DNA from: Tagaea sp.
GTDB lineage: Bacteria > Pseudomonadota > Alphaproteobacteria > CACIAM-22H2
Assembly (NCBI GenBank): GCA_044224405.1
Contig: JBGAKN010000001.1
Location: 416,973 to 480,972, forward strand
Direction: 5' to 3'
DNA: 64,000 bases
Shown: positions 41,905 through 51,643 of the stretch, in pieces
Numbering within the stretch: the first letter of the stretch is position 1
How the letters are laid out: each line of letters begins with the position of its first letter
The notes under the pieces: model-generated
The model's input: only the letters and a program-made list of their open reading frames with translations
What the model was told of the DNA's origin: nothing
Database searches by the model: none
Position numbers and translations under genes: made by a program

Positions 41905-42745
41905 CTTTTGCCCGCTTCGCCGCAATCGCCAGCCCCACGCCGCCCAGAATGAACACGCTCGCGACCGCGAGCCTTAGCGTCATCGTCTCCCCGAGCAGCA
42001 CGATCCCGCCGAAGGCGGCGAGCATCGGTACGGTGAGCTGCACGGTGGCGCTTTGCGTGGTCGTGAGGCCGGGCAAGGCGCGATACCAGATCACGTAGCC
42101 GAGGCCCGAGGTGACGGCGCCCGAGAAGATCGCGAGGGCGAGGCCGTGCGTGTCGGCGTGGCCGCCCATCATTGGCGTGGCGGCGAAGGGCAGGCACAGC
42201 AGGGCGGCGCGCACGAAATTTCCGGCGGTGGCGTCGAGCGGGTTGCCCGCACCTCGTCCGCGTAACGAGTAAACGCCCCAGCCGATGCCGGCCGCGATCA
42301 TCAGCAGGCTTCCCAGCAGGTCCGGCGCCTCCAGGCCCGGCAGCAGCAGCCACACGAACGCGGCGAAGGCGATGGCGAGGCCGGCGAGTTCCGTTCGCGT
42401 CGGCCGATCGGCGCGGAGAATTCCCCACAGCACCATCGTGCCCTGCACCGACGCGAACAGGATCACCGCACCCGTGGCCGCGCCCAGCCGCCGGTAGGCG
42501 AGCGAGAAGGCGAGCGCGTAGACGAGCAGGGATGCGGCCGATGCCCAGCTTCCCGGCTTTGCGCGCACGATGTCGGTCCGCCGTTGCGCCGCGAGCAGCA
42601 ATGCGAGCGCCACGGCGCCCGACACGATGCGGATCGACGTGAAGCTCAGTACGTCGATGCCGCCGCCCGCCATCGCGGCGCGCGCGAGCAGCGAATTGGC
42701 GGCGAAGGCGAGCATCGCGATGCAGGTCAGCAGCAACGTGGGCAA
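41891..42745 (-). CDS. EamA/DMT-family transporter
   Basis: Ten TM helices, two EamA repeats; start uncertain: GTG 42758, TTG 42745 preceded by AGGAGA, or ATG 42715. Confidence 0.7.
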   Translation of the reverse strand: MPTLLLTCIAMLAFAANSLLARAAMAGGGIDVLSFTSIRIVSGAVALALLLAAQRRTDIVRAKPGSWASAASLLVYALAFSLAYRRLGAATGAVILFASVQGTMVLWGILRADRPTRTELAGLAIAFAAFVWLLLPGLEAPDLLGSLLMIAAGIGWGVYSLRGRGAGNPLDATAGNFVRAALLCLPFAATPMMGGHADTHGLALAIFSGAVTSGLGYVIWYRALPGLTTTQSATVQLTVPMLAAFGGIVLLGETMTLRLAVASVFILGGVGLAIAAKRAKAPSP

Positions 42746-42754
42746 TTGAGTTCT

Positions 42755-42855
42755 CCTCACCCTTACCCTAGCCCTCTCCCGCTAGCGGGAGAGGGGACAA
42801 GATCGGTGCATACCATCCCCTCTCCCCTCCGGGGAGAGGGCAAGGGTGAGGGGGG
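42755..42855. repeat. Composite palindromic MITE/REP-like element, copy B, same orientation as copy A
   Basis: CCTCACCC ... CCCTCTCCCGC-TA-GCGGGAGAGGG ... CCCCTCTCCCC-TCC-GGGGAGAGGG ... GGGTGAGGGGGG. Confidence 0.6.
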
Positions 42856-42924
42856 CTTCTTGTAGACTTGTGCGCGCCGCGGCGCTTCAATCGGTGACGA
42901 CAATTTTTCCGGAGGATTCCACCC

Positions 42925-43719
42925 ATGACCGCACCCAAGCCCGGCCCCGTCACGCTTGTCACCGGCGCTTGTGGCGGGATCGGTTCGGCCATTGTCGAGA
43001 AGCTGGCCGTGTCGGGGCACCGGCTGGTGCTGAACGGGCTGGATGCGGCGAAGCTCGACGCGCAGGTGAAGGCGCTGGCGGCAGCGGGGCACGAAGGCGT
43101 GGCGCTGGCGGGCGACGTGTGCGACCGCGCGCTGCCCGGCAAGCTCCGCGATCTCGCGGTTTCCACATTCGGCGGCATCGACGGGCTGGTCAGCGGGGCG
43201 GGCACGTCGCGCCCGGTCGCCTTCGTCGACATGGACGATGCGGAATGGGACCGGCTCGTGGACATCAATCTTTCGTCGGTCGCGCGCATCGCGCGGGCAG
43301 TGGCCAAGCAGATGCTGGCGCAGAAGCGCGGCGGGGCGATCGTGCATATCTCGTCGATCTCGCATGCCAATGGCGGGGCCAATCTCGCCTACGGTTCGGC
43401 CAAGGGTGCGGTCGCCACGCTCACCTACGGCATGGCGGCGCAGCTCGGCCCCCACGGCATCCGCGTCAATGCGGTCGCCCCCGGCGTGATCGACACGCCC
43501 CTGGTGCGCGGCGCGTTCGAGGCGAACTTCAACGCGCTGGTCGCCGGCGCTTCGGCGCGCACGCCCTTGCGGCGCATCGGCCGGCCGCAGGACGTGGCGG
43601 AAGTGGTGGCGTTCCTGCTGTCGGATGCCGCCGCGTTCGTCACGGGCGCGCTGGTGCCGATCACCGGCGGGATCGAGTTCCTCGCGCCGATCTCGGCGCT
43701 ACACGAGGGCGCGCGCTGA
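42925..43719 (+). CDS. SDR-family short-chain dehydrogenase/reductase
   Basis: TGACGGIG cofactor motif, catalytic YGSAK; RBS GGAGG. Confidence 0.85.
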   Translation: MTAPKPGPVTLVTGACGGIGSAIVEKLAVSGHRLVLNGLDAAKLDAQVKALAAAGHEGVALAGDVCDRALPGKLRDLAVSTFGGIDGLVSGAGTSRPVAFVDMDDAEWDRLVDINLSSVARIARAVAKQMLAQKRGGAIVHISSISHANGGANLAYGSAKGAVATLTYGMAAQLGPHGIRVNAVAPGVIDTPLVRGAFEANFNALVAGASARTPLRRIGRPQDVAEVVAFLLSDAAAFVTGALVPITGGIEFLAPISALHEGAR

Positions 43720-43722
43720 CGC

Positions 43723-44085
43723 TCAGTTATACGAAGGCTTTGGAACGACGAGGCCGGCGAAGGACTGCATGACGATCCGCCCGCCGCGCACCTGGAACGT
43801 GTCGGTCGCCAGCTCGTAGGTGTTGTCGGCCGTCTCGCCGTGCCAGAGGATGAAGGCGTATTCGCCGACGATGGACTGGTAATCCAGCGCGAAGCTCGCC
43901 CCCGGCTTGGCGAATTCGGCGAGCATCGCCTCGAACATCGGGCGGATCATCGCCTGCCCCTGCAGCGGCCCGCGCGGCGTGAACAGCACGGCGTCGGGCG
44001 CATAGTCGGCGACGATCGCATCGAGATCGCCGCGACCGAACGCCGCAATATGGTTGTCGAGAATGGCCTTGGTCGTCGGCTGCAT
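43723..44085 (-). CDS. SnoaL-like / NTF2-family protein
   Basis: 120 aa, NTF2-like fold signature (..[16 protein letters not shown]..). Confidence 0.7.
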   Translation of the reverse strand: MQPTTKAILDNHIAAFGRGDLDAIVADYAPDAVLFTPRGPLQGQAMIRPMFEAMLAEFAKPGASFALDYQSIVGEYAFILWHGETADNTYELATDTFQVRGGRIVMQSFAGLVVPKPSYN

Positions 44086-44239
44086 GGTGCGCGTCCCCGG
44101 TTTCGTGGACGTATTTACGATCCGCGCGCGCCCACCTCGAATTGCCGTCCGTCCGATTGGAATGACCGTTCTTCCGAATTTGCCTGCAACATCCTATATT
44201 TGTAGTCCATCCTCTCGCCCCCCGAAGAAGGACCCGCCC

Positions 44240-44875
44240 ATGACCGCTTCCGGCACGGCCGATCTGAAGACGCACCGCACGCCCGACGGCGTGTCGGATC
44301 GCATCGCGCTGGCGATCACGAAGATCCTGCGCTTCTTCGCCGACACGTTCTTCGCCAAGCGCTATGGCCATCGCGCGATCGTGCTCGAGACGGTCGCGGC
44401 CGTGCCCGGCATGGTGGGGGCGGCGCTGGTGCATCTCAAATGCCTGCGCCGCATGTCGGACGATCACGGGTGGATCCGCACGCTGCTCGACGAGGCCGAG
44501 AACGAGCGCATGCACCTGATGACCTTCATCGAGATCGCCAGGCCCAACGCGTTCGAGCGTTTCCTCGTCGTGCTGGTGCAGGGCGTGTTCTACAACGCGT
44601 TCTTCGTCCTCTATCTTCTCGCGCCCAAGACCGCGCATCGGGTCGTCGGCTATTTCGAGGAAGAGGCCGTGATCAGCTACACCGAATATCTCGCCGGCAT
44701 CGATGCGGGCCAGCACGCCAACGTGCCCGCACCCGCGCGCGCGAAGGAATACTGGAAGCTCGCGCCCGATGCCACGCTGCGCGACGTGGTGATCGCCGTG
44801 CGCGCCGACGAGGCCGGGCACCGCGACGTCAACCACCGCTTCGCCGACGCGCTTGCGCAGGGTGGGCCGGCGTAA
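44240..44875 (+). CDS. aox: Alternative oxidase (cyanide-insensitive ubiquinol oxidase), di-iron carboxylate protein
   Basis: Iron-binding motifs [11 protein letters not shown] and [12 protein letters not shown]; 211 aa; RBS GAAGGA. Confidence 0.85.
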   Translation: MTASGTADLKTHRTPDGVSDRIALAITKILRFFADTFFAKRYGHRAIVLETVAAVPGMVGAALVHLKCLRRMSDDHGWIRTLLDEAENERMHLMTFIEIARPNAFERFLVVLVQGVFYNAFFVLYLLAPKTAHRVVGYFEEEAVISYTEYLAGIDAGQHANVPAPARAKEYWKLAPDATLRDVVIAVRADEAGHRDVNHRFADALAQGGPA

Positions 44876-45228
44876 ATATTCCCGGTTGTATTTTCAGACA
44901 ATCAGATTATATTCCCCGGCACGGTCCGGCGATTTCCGGGCCCGTGCTCTTTGACATGTGAAGAAATGTGCACGTCCGCAATCTGCGGCAAATGCCCGTC
45001 GTTCCGGCATTTCTTGCGGGCATTGCGGTTGCAGAAAGCGCGGTTGCAGTAACAATCCAGTAACTTCAAGGCGGTAGGCGCGCTACAGGTGCAGGTGGTA
45101 ACGTGATTCGGGCGACCGCAGCCTTTGCGGCAAAATCGGTGCCGGGCGAAACCTGATTCAGGTTACCTGCGTTCCGGATCAACGACTTAAACAGGTTACC
45201 GTCGCCAGTCGTAACCTGTTTCCGCCGA

Positions 45229-46842
45229 TCAGGCGCGGGCATCCTCCAGGATCATCGTGGCAGCCTTCTCGGCGATCATGATCGTCGGCGCGTTGGTGTT
45301 GCCTGACGTGATCGTCGGCATCACCGAGGCATCCGCCACGCGGCATCCCGCAAGGCCACGCAAGGCGAGCCGCGCATCGACCACCGCGCCGTCGTCGGCC
45401 CCCATCCGGCAGGTGCCGACGGGATGGAAAATAGTCGTTCCGATCTTTCCGGCCGCCTCGACGAGTGCCGAATCGCTCGTGAATTCCGGCCCCGGGCGGA
45501 ACTCCTCGGGCCGGAAGCGGCGCAGCGCCGGCGCCGCGACGATCCGCCGCGTGAGCCGGATCGCCTCGGCCGCGACATGCCGGTCGGCGTCGGTCGAAAG
45601 ATAGTTGGGCCGGATCGCGGGCGCGGCGTTCGCATCGGCGGACTTGATGCGCACATGGCCGCGGCTCGTGGGCCGCAGATTGCAGACCGAGGCGGTGAAG
45701 GCGGGGAAGCTGTGCAGCGGCTCGCCGAACCTGTCGAGGCTTAGCGGCTGCACGTGATACTCGAGATCGGGTGTGGCCTTCGCCGGGTCCGACTTCGCGA
45801 ACGCGCCAAGCTGGGAAGGCGCCATCGTCAGCGGGCCGCGCTTGAACAGCGCGTATTCCAGCGCCATGCCGATCTTGCCCGTCCAGCTGTGGACGCGCTC
45901 GTTGAGAGTCTTCGTGCCGCTCACCTTGTAGGCGCAGCGGATCTGCAGATGGTCCTGCAGGTTCTCGCCGACGCCCGGTGCAGCATGCGCGACGCCGATG
46001 CCGTGCTGCGCCAGCAGCGCCGGATCGCCGATGCCCGAAAGCTGCAGGATCTGCGGCGAGCCGATGGCGCCGGCCGCGAGCACGACCTCGCGCGCGGCAT
46101 CCGCTCTCGCCGGCGCGCCGTCGAGCGTGAACTCGATGCCGGTCACGCGGCCATCCGAAAGCGTGAGGCGGCCCGCCTGCGCCTTCGTCAGCACGCGCAG
46201 GTTGGGCCTTCCCATCGCGGGGCGCAGGAAGCCCTTGGCCGTCGTCCAGCGCACGCCGCGGTTCTGGTTCACCTGGAAATAGGCGCAGCCGTGATTGTCG
46301 CCGCGGTTGAAGTCGTCGATCTTGGGGATGCCGGTCTCGGCCGCGGCCTCGCGGAACGCGTCGAGGATCTCCCATGAAAGGCGCATCTCCTCGACGCGGA
46401 ACTCGCCGCCCGATCCGTGCAGCGCGTCGCCCGCGAAGCGCACGTTGTCTTCCGACTTGCGGAAGAAGGGCAGCACGTCGTCCCACGCCCAGCCCGTCAG
46501 GCCGAGCTGGCGCCAATGGTCGTAGTCGGCCGCCTGTCCGCGCATGTAGATCATGCCGTTGATCGCGGTACAGCCGCCCAGCACCTTGCCGCGCGGATAG
46601 CCGAGCGCGCGGTTGCCGAGGCCGGGCTCGATCTCGGTCCTGAAGCACCAGTCCACGCGCGGATTGCCGTGCGAATAGATGTAGCCGATGGGCACGTCGA
46701 TCCAGAAATAGTCGTCCTTGCCGCCGGCCTCGAGCAGCAGCACGCGGTTCTTCGGATCGGCCGACAGCCGGTTGGCGAGCACGCAGCCGGCCGAGCCCGC
46801 GCCCACGACGATATAGTCGTACGTGCCCAGATGCGCGCTCAT
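45229..46842 (-). CDS. GMC-family FAD-dependent oxidoreductase (choline/alcohol dehydrogenase-like)
   Basis: N-terminal YDYIVVGAGSAGCVLANRLS, GMC signatures, C-terminal active-site His region (IFHPVGTCRMG). Confidence 0.85.
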   Translation of the reverse strand: MSAHLGTYDYIVVGAGSAGCVLANRLSADPKNRVLLLEAGGKDDYFWIDVPIGYIYSHGNPRVDWCFRTEIEPGLGNRALGYPRGKVLGGCTAINGMIYMRGQAADYDHWRQLGLTGWAWDDVLPFFRKSEDNVRFAGDALHGSGGEFRVEEMRLSWEILDAFREAAAETGIPKIDDFNRGDNHGCAYFQVNQNRGVRWTTAKGFLRPAMGRPNLRVLTKAQAGRLTLSDGRVTGIEFTLDGAPARADAAREVVLAAGAIGSPQILQLSGIGDPALLAQHGIGVAHAAPGVGENLQDHLQIRCAYKVSGTKTLNERVHSWTGKIGMALEYALFKRGPLTMAPSQLGAFAKSDPAKATPDLEYHVQPLSLDRFGEPLHSFPAFTASVCNLRPTSRGHVRIKSADANAAPAIRPNYLSTDADRHVAAEAIRLTRRIVAAPALRRFRPEEFRPGPEFTSDSALVEAAGKIGTTIFHPVGTCRMGADDGAVVDARLALRGLAGCRVADASVMPTITSGNTNAPTIMIAEKAATMILEDARA

Positions 46843-47089
46843 GCGCCGGCCCTGAATCCGATCGCGCGGCTGCCGGTGATGTTGCCCAGGATCGCCCGCC
46901 AGGGCAGGCCCTTGGGGCCGACATGCGCCAGCACTGTTTCCGACGCGAGATGTCGCCCGACGCCGCCCGGCGCGTTTCCCGCGGCGATCCAGAGATGGAT
47001 TCCCATGCGATTTCCGTCCCTTGGCCCCGACTGGCACGCGAGGCCCGCAATCGTTAAACTGGTCGAGCTTAACAGGCTTGGAATTGAAT

Positions 47090-47935
47090 TTGCGAGTTCG
47101 GCTTTTCACGGTGTTCTGTCTGGTTCTGGCGGCCACGGGCGCGTTCGCCCAGGGAAGTCCGGCCGGCGGACCGGTCCATCCGGTGCCGGCGATGGGCGCT
47201 TCGACGGAGATCGTGGCCGCACGCTGCGAGGTGCCGTCCGAGATGCTGCGCCTGCGCTTCCCGCTGCCGCGCGTCGCGCGACGACTGGCGGAAGGGAAGT
47301 CGCTCACCATCGTCGCCCTCGGCTCGTCCTCGACCGAAGGGGCGGGTGCCTCGAGCCCGGCGCTCACCTATCCCGCGCGCCTCGAGGCCGAGCTCCACGC
47401 GCTCTTCCCGCACATGGCGATCACCGTCATCAACCGCGGCGTCAGCGGCGAGGAAGCGGGTGCCATGTACAAGCGCATCGAGCGCGACGTCGTCGCCGCC
47501 GAACCCGACCTGATGATCTGGCAGGCCGGCGTCAACGCGGCGATCAGGGATTCGCCGCTCGACGAGTTCGCCGAGACGATGACGGCAGGCATCGAGAAGG
47601 CGAAGGCGCACGGCATCGACGTGATGCTGCTGGGCCCGCAGAACGCGCCGCGCTACGTCAACGCGCCGCACCGGCGCGAATACTCCGATCACCTGATGCT
47701 GATCAGCCGCGCCAAGGAAGTGCCGATCTTCCCGCGCTTCCGCGTGATGAACCACTGGCAGGCGACCGGCCAGATCGTGGCGAAGGACGCCATCGCCGCC
47801 GACCGGCTGCACATGACCGACGCAAGCTACTACTGCATCGCCAACCTGCTCGCGCGCACGATCGCCTCGGCGCTGCCGCCGCCGGCACCGGTGGCCGTGC
47901 CGAGCGCCAAGCCGCACGCGGCGGCGCTGCGCTAG
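47090..47935 (+). CDS. SGNH/GDSL-family hydrolase, secreted
   Basis: Signal peptide then GSSSTEG block I and C-terminal DxxH; start probably a TTG (MRVRLF..), coordinate +/-1. Confidence 0.6.
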   Translation: MRVRLFTVFCLVLAATGAFAQGSPAGGPVHPVPAMGASTEIVAARCEVPSEMLRLRFPLPRVARRLAEGKSLTIVALGSSSTEGAGASSPALTYPARLEAELHALFPHMAITVINRGVSGEEAGAMYKRIERDVVAAEPDLMIWQAGVNAAIRDSPLDEFAETMTAGIEKAKAHGIDVMLLGPQNAPRYVNAPHRREYSDHLMLISRAKEVPIFPRFRVMNHWQATGQIVAKDAIAADRLHMTDASYYCIANLLARTIASALPPPAPVAVPSAKPHAAALR

Positions 47936-47938
47936 CCT

Positions 47939-49006
47939 TCAAGCCTCGTCGAAATCGAGCACGACTTCCGCGCTGACGGGGCGCGACTGGCAGGCGAGCA
48001 CGAAGCCTTTTTCCAGTTCCCACGCTTCCAGCGAATAGTTCGCCGCCATCACGACATCGCCCGCGCGCTTCAGGCACCGGCAGGTCGAGCACACGCCGCC
48101 CTTGCAGCTGAACGGCAGTTCGAGCCCCGCCGCGATGCCCGCATCGAGGATGCTGGGGCCGTCGAAAGGAACCTCGACGACCTGCCGGATGCCGTCGCGC
48201 ACGACCGTGACGCGCGCGTTGGCGCCGTGCCGCGCCGGCGCTGCAACCGGCGCCGGAGCGGGAACGTCTGGTGCGAGGAACAGCTCGCTGTGGATGCGCG
48301 CGGCCGGCACGCCGAGCCCCGCGAGGGCGGCCTTCACGGTCTCGACCATCGCGAACGGGCCGCAGAGATAGAACCCGGTAACGGACGCAGGTTCGAACAG
48401 CGCCTTCGCCAGCGCCCTGATCTTGTCCGCGTCGATGCGGCCGTCGAGCAGGGCCGTGTCCTGCCTTTCGCGGCTGAGCACATGGACGAGCGACAGCCGC
48501 GTCATGTGGCGGTTCTTGAGGTCTTCGAGATCCTCGCGGAAGATGATCGAATCGATCGTGCGGTTCGCGTAGACGAGCACGACACGCGACGCGGGCTCGC
48601 GTTCCAGCACCGACCTTGCGATCGAGATCACCGGCGTGATGCCGCTGCCCGCCGCGACCAGCACGATGTCGCGCCGCACGGCCGGATCGGGGATCAGCCC
48701 GAAACGCCCTTCGGGCGTGCCGACCTCGATCCGGTCGCCATGCTTCAGCCGCGCGTTGGCAAACGACGAGAACGCACCGCCCTCCACGCGCTTGACCGCG
48801 ACGCGCAGCTCGCCCTCGTGCGGGGCCGAGCAGATCGAGTAGGAGCGGCGCAGTTCCTTCCCGCCGACCATCGCCTTCATCACCAGATACTGGCCGGGCG
48901 AGAAGCGGTAGGCCTCGGCGAGCGCGGCCGGAACGCGGAAGGCGATCGATACGCAGTCGGGCGTTTCGCGGCGGACGTCTTCGATCTCGAGGGAATGGAA
49001 CGCCAT
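47939..49006 (-). CDS. paaE: 1,2-phenylacetyl-CoA epoxidase reductase subunit (ferredoxin-NADP reductase type with plant-type [2Fe-2S])
   Basis: RxYS FAD motif (RRSYSICS), NAD-binding GSGITP, C-terminal CxxGxCxxC..C. Confidence 0.85.
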   Translation of the reverse strand: MAFHSLEIEDVRRETPDCVSIAFRVPAALAEAYRFSPGQYLVMKAMVGGKELRRSYSICSAPHEGELRVAVKRVEGGAFSSFANARLKHGDRIEVGTPEGRFGLIPDPAVRRDIVLVAAGSGITPVISIARSVLEREPASRVVLVYANRTIDSIIFREDLEDLKNRHMTRLSLVHVLSRERQDTALLDGRIDADKIRALAKALFEPASVTGFYLCGPFAMVETVKAALAGLGVPAARIHSELFLAPDVPAPAPVAAPARHGANARVTVVRDGIRQVVEVPFDGPSILDAGIAAGLELPFSCKGGVCSTCRCLKRAGDVVMAANYSLEAWELEKGFVLACQSRPVSAEVVLDFDEA

Positions 49007-49518
49007 CAGATGCACTTGAAATATTCGAAGGGCTCGGCGCATGCGTTGCAGGCATGGAAAGCCTTGCACGCGGTCGAGCCGAACTCGCTGGTCTTGCGCG
49101 TATCGCCGGATCCGCAGCGCGGGCAGGCAACGGAAGGCTCCGGCGCGAACATCGCGGCCTGCAGGGCCGACGCCTTGCCGGCCGGGGGCGCGATGCCGTA
49201 GCTGCGCAGCTTCTCGCGCGCGGCGGGGCCGATCCAGTCGCTCGTCCAGGCAGGCGCATTGACGAGCGCGATTTCGGGGCGCCCCAGTCCCGCCGCCTCG
49301 ATCGCCGTCTCGACATCGATGCGGATCGCGGCGGTGGCGGGGCAGCCGGTATAGGTCGGCGTCAGGTCGATCGCGAGGCGGCCCGCTTCAGCGCGCACCG
49401 CGCGCACGATGCCGAGATCGACGACCGACAGCACCGGCACCTCCGGGTCCATGACCGTACCGAGCACGGCCCAGGCGCGCGCGACGCGCGGATCTTCGGT
49501 GCTCGCGACGCTCACCAT
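49006..49518 (-). CDS. paaD: Phenylacetate-CoA oxygenase subunit PaaD (DUF59/Fe-S assembly-like)
   Basis: C-terminal CPRCGS..C..CNAC cluster, 170 aa; stop overlaps paaE start (ATGA). Confidence 0.8.
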   Translation of the reverse strand: MVSVASTEDPRVARAWAVLGTVMDPEVPVLSVVDLGIVRAVRAEAGRLAIDLTPTYTGCPATAAIRIDVETAIEAAGLGRPEIALVNAPAWTSDWIGPAAREKLRSYGIAPPAGKASALQAAMFAPEPSVACPRCGSGDTRKTSEFGSTACKAFHACNACAEPFEYFKCI

Positions 49519-50267
49519 TTCGCACCCGGATAGGCGCGGGGCAGGAACTGCATCGTCGCCAGCAGATGGCCGAGCGCCTCGCCGTGCTGGCCCTTGAACC
49601 CGCCGGTCTGCATCCAGCCGGACGCGGGCTTCGCCAGCGTGGCCTCGGCCAGCACGCCGTCCACCGTGCGCACCCAAGCGGCGCGGATCGGCGCCATGTC
49701 GGGCGCGATGCGCGCGTCGGCCAGCGAACGCGCGGTCGCGTCCGTCTCGAACATCTCGCCGGTGAAGGGCCAGAACTGGTCGAGGGCGGCCTGCGCGCGC
49801 GCATGGCTCTCGTCCGTGCCGTCGCCGAGCCGGATCACCCATTCGCCGGAATGGCGCAGGTGATAGCGCGCTTCCTTCACGCCCTTGGCGGCGATACCCG
49901 CGACTTCGGCATCCGCCGAATCCGCAAGGCCGGCATAAAGCTCCGCCTGCCAGGCATCGAACAGGAACTGGCGCACAAGCGTGTGCGCGAAATCGCCGTT
50001 CGGCCGCTCGCAGAGCAGCAGGTTGCGATAGTCGGCCGCATCGCGCAGGAAGGCGAGCGCGTCGGCATCCCGCCCCTTGTTCTCGACGCGCGCGGCATAT
50101 CCGAGCAGCGCTTCGGCCTGCCCGGTCAGGTCGAGGGCGACGTTGGCGAGCGCGATGTCGGATTCGAGTTCGGGCGCGTGGCCGCACCATTCGGATACGC
50201 GATGTCCGAGCACGAGGCAGGAATCCCCGAGCCGCAGCAGATATTCGAAAAGGGCATCGCGGTCCAT
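49512..50267 (-). CDS. paaC: 1,2-phenylacetyl-CoA epoxidase subunit C
   Basis: 251 aa ferritin-like PaaC sequence; position between paaB and paaD. Confidence 0.85.
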   Translation of the reverse strand: MDRDALFEYLLRLGDSCLVLGHRVSEWCGHAPELESDIALANVALDLTGQAEALLGYAARVENKGRDADALAFLRDAADYRNLLLCERPNGDFAHTLVRQFLFDAWQAELYAGLADSADAEVAGIAAKGVKEARYHLRHSGEWVIRLGDGTDESHARAQAALDQFWPFTGEMFETDATARSLADARIAPDMAPIRAAWVRTVDGVLAEATLAKPASGWMQTGGFKGQHGEALGHLLATMQFLPRAYPGAKW

Positions 50268-50268
50268 G

Positions 50269-50568
50269 TCAGATGTTCTTCACGTCCGGCGGGATCTCGT
50301 AGAAGGTCGGGTGGCGATAGACCTTCGAGACCATCGGCTCGAAATTGCTGTCTTTCAGCGCCGGGTCGGACGCGACGATGTCGCGCGAGGGAACGACCCA
50401 GACGCTGACGCCCTCGGCGCGCCGGCAATAGACGTCGCGCGCCAGTTCGACCGCCATCGCCCCGTCGATCGCGTGCAGCGAGCCGACATGGCGGTGCGCA
50501 AGCCCGTTGCGCGAACGCACGAAGACTTCGTAGAGCGGCCAGTCGGCTTTTTCGGTTGCGCCTGTCAT
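50269..50568 (-). CDS. paaB: 1,2-phenylacetyl-CoA epoxidase subunit B
   Basis: 99 aa, highly conserved PaaB sequence (WPLYEVFVRSR..VWVVP); RBS GGAG. Confidence 0.9.
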   Translation of the reverse strand: MTGATEKADWPLYEVFVRSRNGLAHRHVGSLHAIDGAMAVELARDVYCRRAEGVSVWVVPSRDIVASDPALKDSNFEPMVSKVYRHPTFYEIPPDVKNI

Positions 50569-50573
50569 GTCTT

Positions 50574-51569
50574 TCACTCCGCCGCGCGCGCGGCAAGACG
50601 GGCCGCACGCTTGCGGCCGTGGGCGATGGCGGCCTCGCGCACCCAGGCGCCCTCTTCGTGCGCCTTGCGACGCGCGGCGAGTCGTTCGCGATTGCACGGG
50701 CCGTCGCCCGCGACGACGCGGTTGAACTCGGCCCAGTCGATGGGCCCGTAGTTCCAGTGGCCGCTCGCTTCGTCGAGCTTCAGGTCCGGATCGGGGAAGG
50801 TGAGGCCGAGGAAATGGCCCTGTGGCACCGTGACGTCGACGAATTTCTGGCGCAGGTCGTCGTTCGACACGCGCTTGATCTTCCACGCGGCGTTCTGCGA
50901 GGAGTGGATCGAATCCTTGTCGGACGGGCCGAACATCATCAAGGCCGGCCACCACCAGCGGTCCAGCGCGGACTGCGCCATGCGCTTCTGCTCGGGCGTG
51001 CCCTGCGCCAGCTTCAGCATCAGCTCGTATCCCTGGCGCTGGTGGAAGCTCTCCTCGCGGCAGATGCGCACCATCGCGCGCGCGTAGGGGCCGTAGGAGC
51101 AGCGGCACAGCGGCACCTGGTTCATGATCGCGGCCCCGTCGACCAGCCAGCCGATGGCGCCGATATCGGCCCAGGTCAGCGTGGGATAGTTGAAGATCGA
51201 CGAGTACTTGGCCTTGCCGGCGAGCAGCTGGTCGACCAGCTCGGCGCGCGGCACGCCCAGCGTCTCGGCCGCCGAATATAGATAGAGGCCGTGGCCGCCC
51301 TCGTCCTGCACCTTGGCGAGCAGGATCATCTTGCGCCGCAGGCTGGGCGCGCGCGTGATCCAGTTGCCCTCGGGCAGCATGCCGACGATTTCGGAATGCG
51401 CGTGCTGCGAGATCTGGCGCACGAGCGTGCGCCGGTAGCCCTGCGGCATCCAGTCGTTCGGCTCGATCTTCTCCTCGCGGTCGATGCGCGCCTGGAAGGC
51501 GGCAAGTGCTGCTGGATCGTCGGTTGCCGCCGGCACCGGTGCGCGCTGGTCGAGGCCTTGCGTGTACAT
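50574..51569 (-). CDS. paaA: 1,2-phenylacetyl-CoA epoxidase catalytic subunit A
   Basis: Di-iron ferritin-like oxygenase with PaaA signatures (..QDEGGHG.., ..EESFHQ..). Confidence 0.9.
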   Translation of the reverse strand: MYTQGLDQRAPVPAATDDPAALAAFQARIDREEKIEPNDWMPQGYRRTLVRQISQHAHSEIVGMLPEGNWITRAPSLRRKMILLAKVQDEGGHGLYLYSAAETLGVPRAELVDQLLAGKAKYSSIFNYPTLTWADIGAIGWLVDGAAIMNQVPLCRCSYGPYARAMVRICREESFHQRQGYELMLKLAQGTPEQKRMAQSALDRWWWPALMMFGPSDKDSIHSSQNAAWKIKRVSNDDLRQKFVDVTVPQGHFLGLTFPDPDLKLDEASGHWNYGPIDWAEFNRVVAGDGPCNRERLAARRKAHEEGAWVREAAIAHGRKRAARLAARAAE

Positions 51570-51603
51570 GGCGTTTCGATCCTCCCGTCGGAGCAGCCGA
51601 ATA

Positions 51604-51643
51604 TGTCACAGAATCTATGTCTTCGTAACTCGATTTCGTGACA
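51604..51643. promoter_or_regulatory. Imperfect inverted repeat TGTCACAGAATC-N16-GATTTCGTGACA in the paaX-paaA junction, candidate operator of the paa promoter
   Basis: Read directly; lies 35-75 nt upstream of paaA ATG and overlaps the paaX stop codon. Confidence 0.35.

Noticed and set aside
33181-47100. Apparent 1-2 nt frameshifts when hand-indexing the printed sequence at three gene starts (gcrA, TPP enzyme, SGNH hydrolase)
   Set aside because: The ORF track gives uninterrupted frames for these genes. The discrepancies most likely come from my own position counting rather than real frameshifts or pseudogenes, so I did not call pseudogenes.
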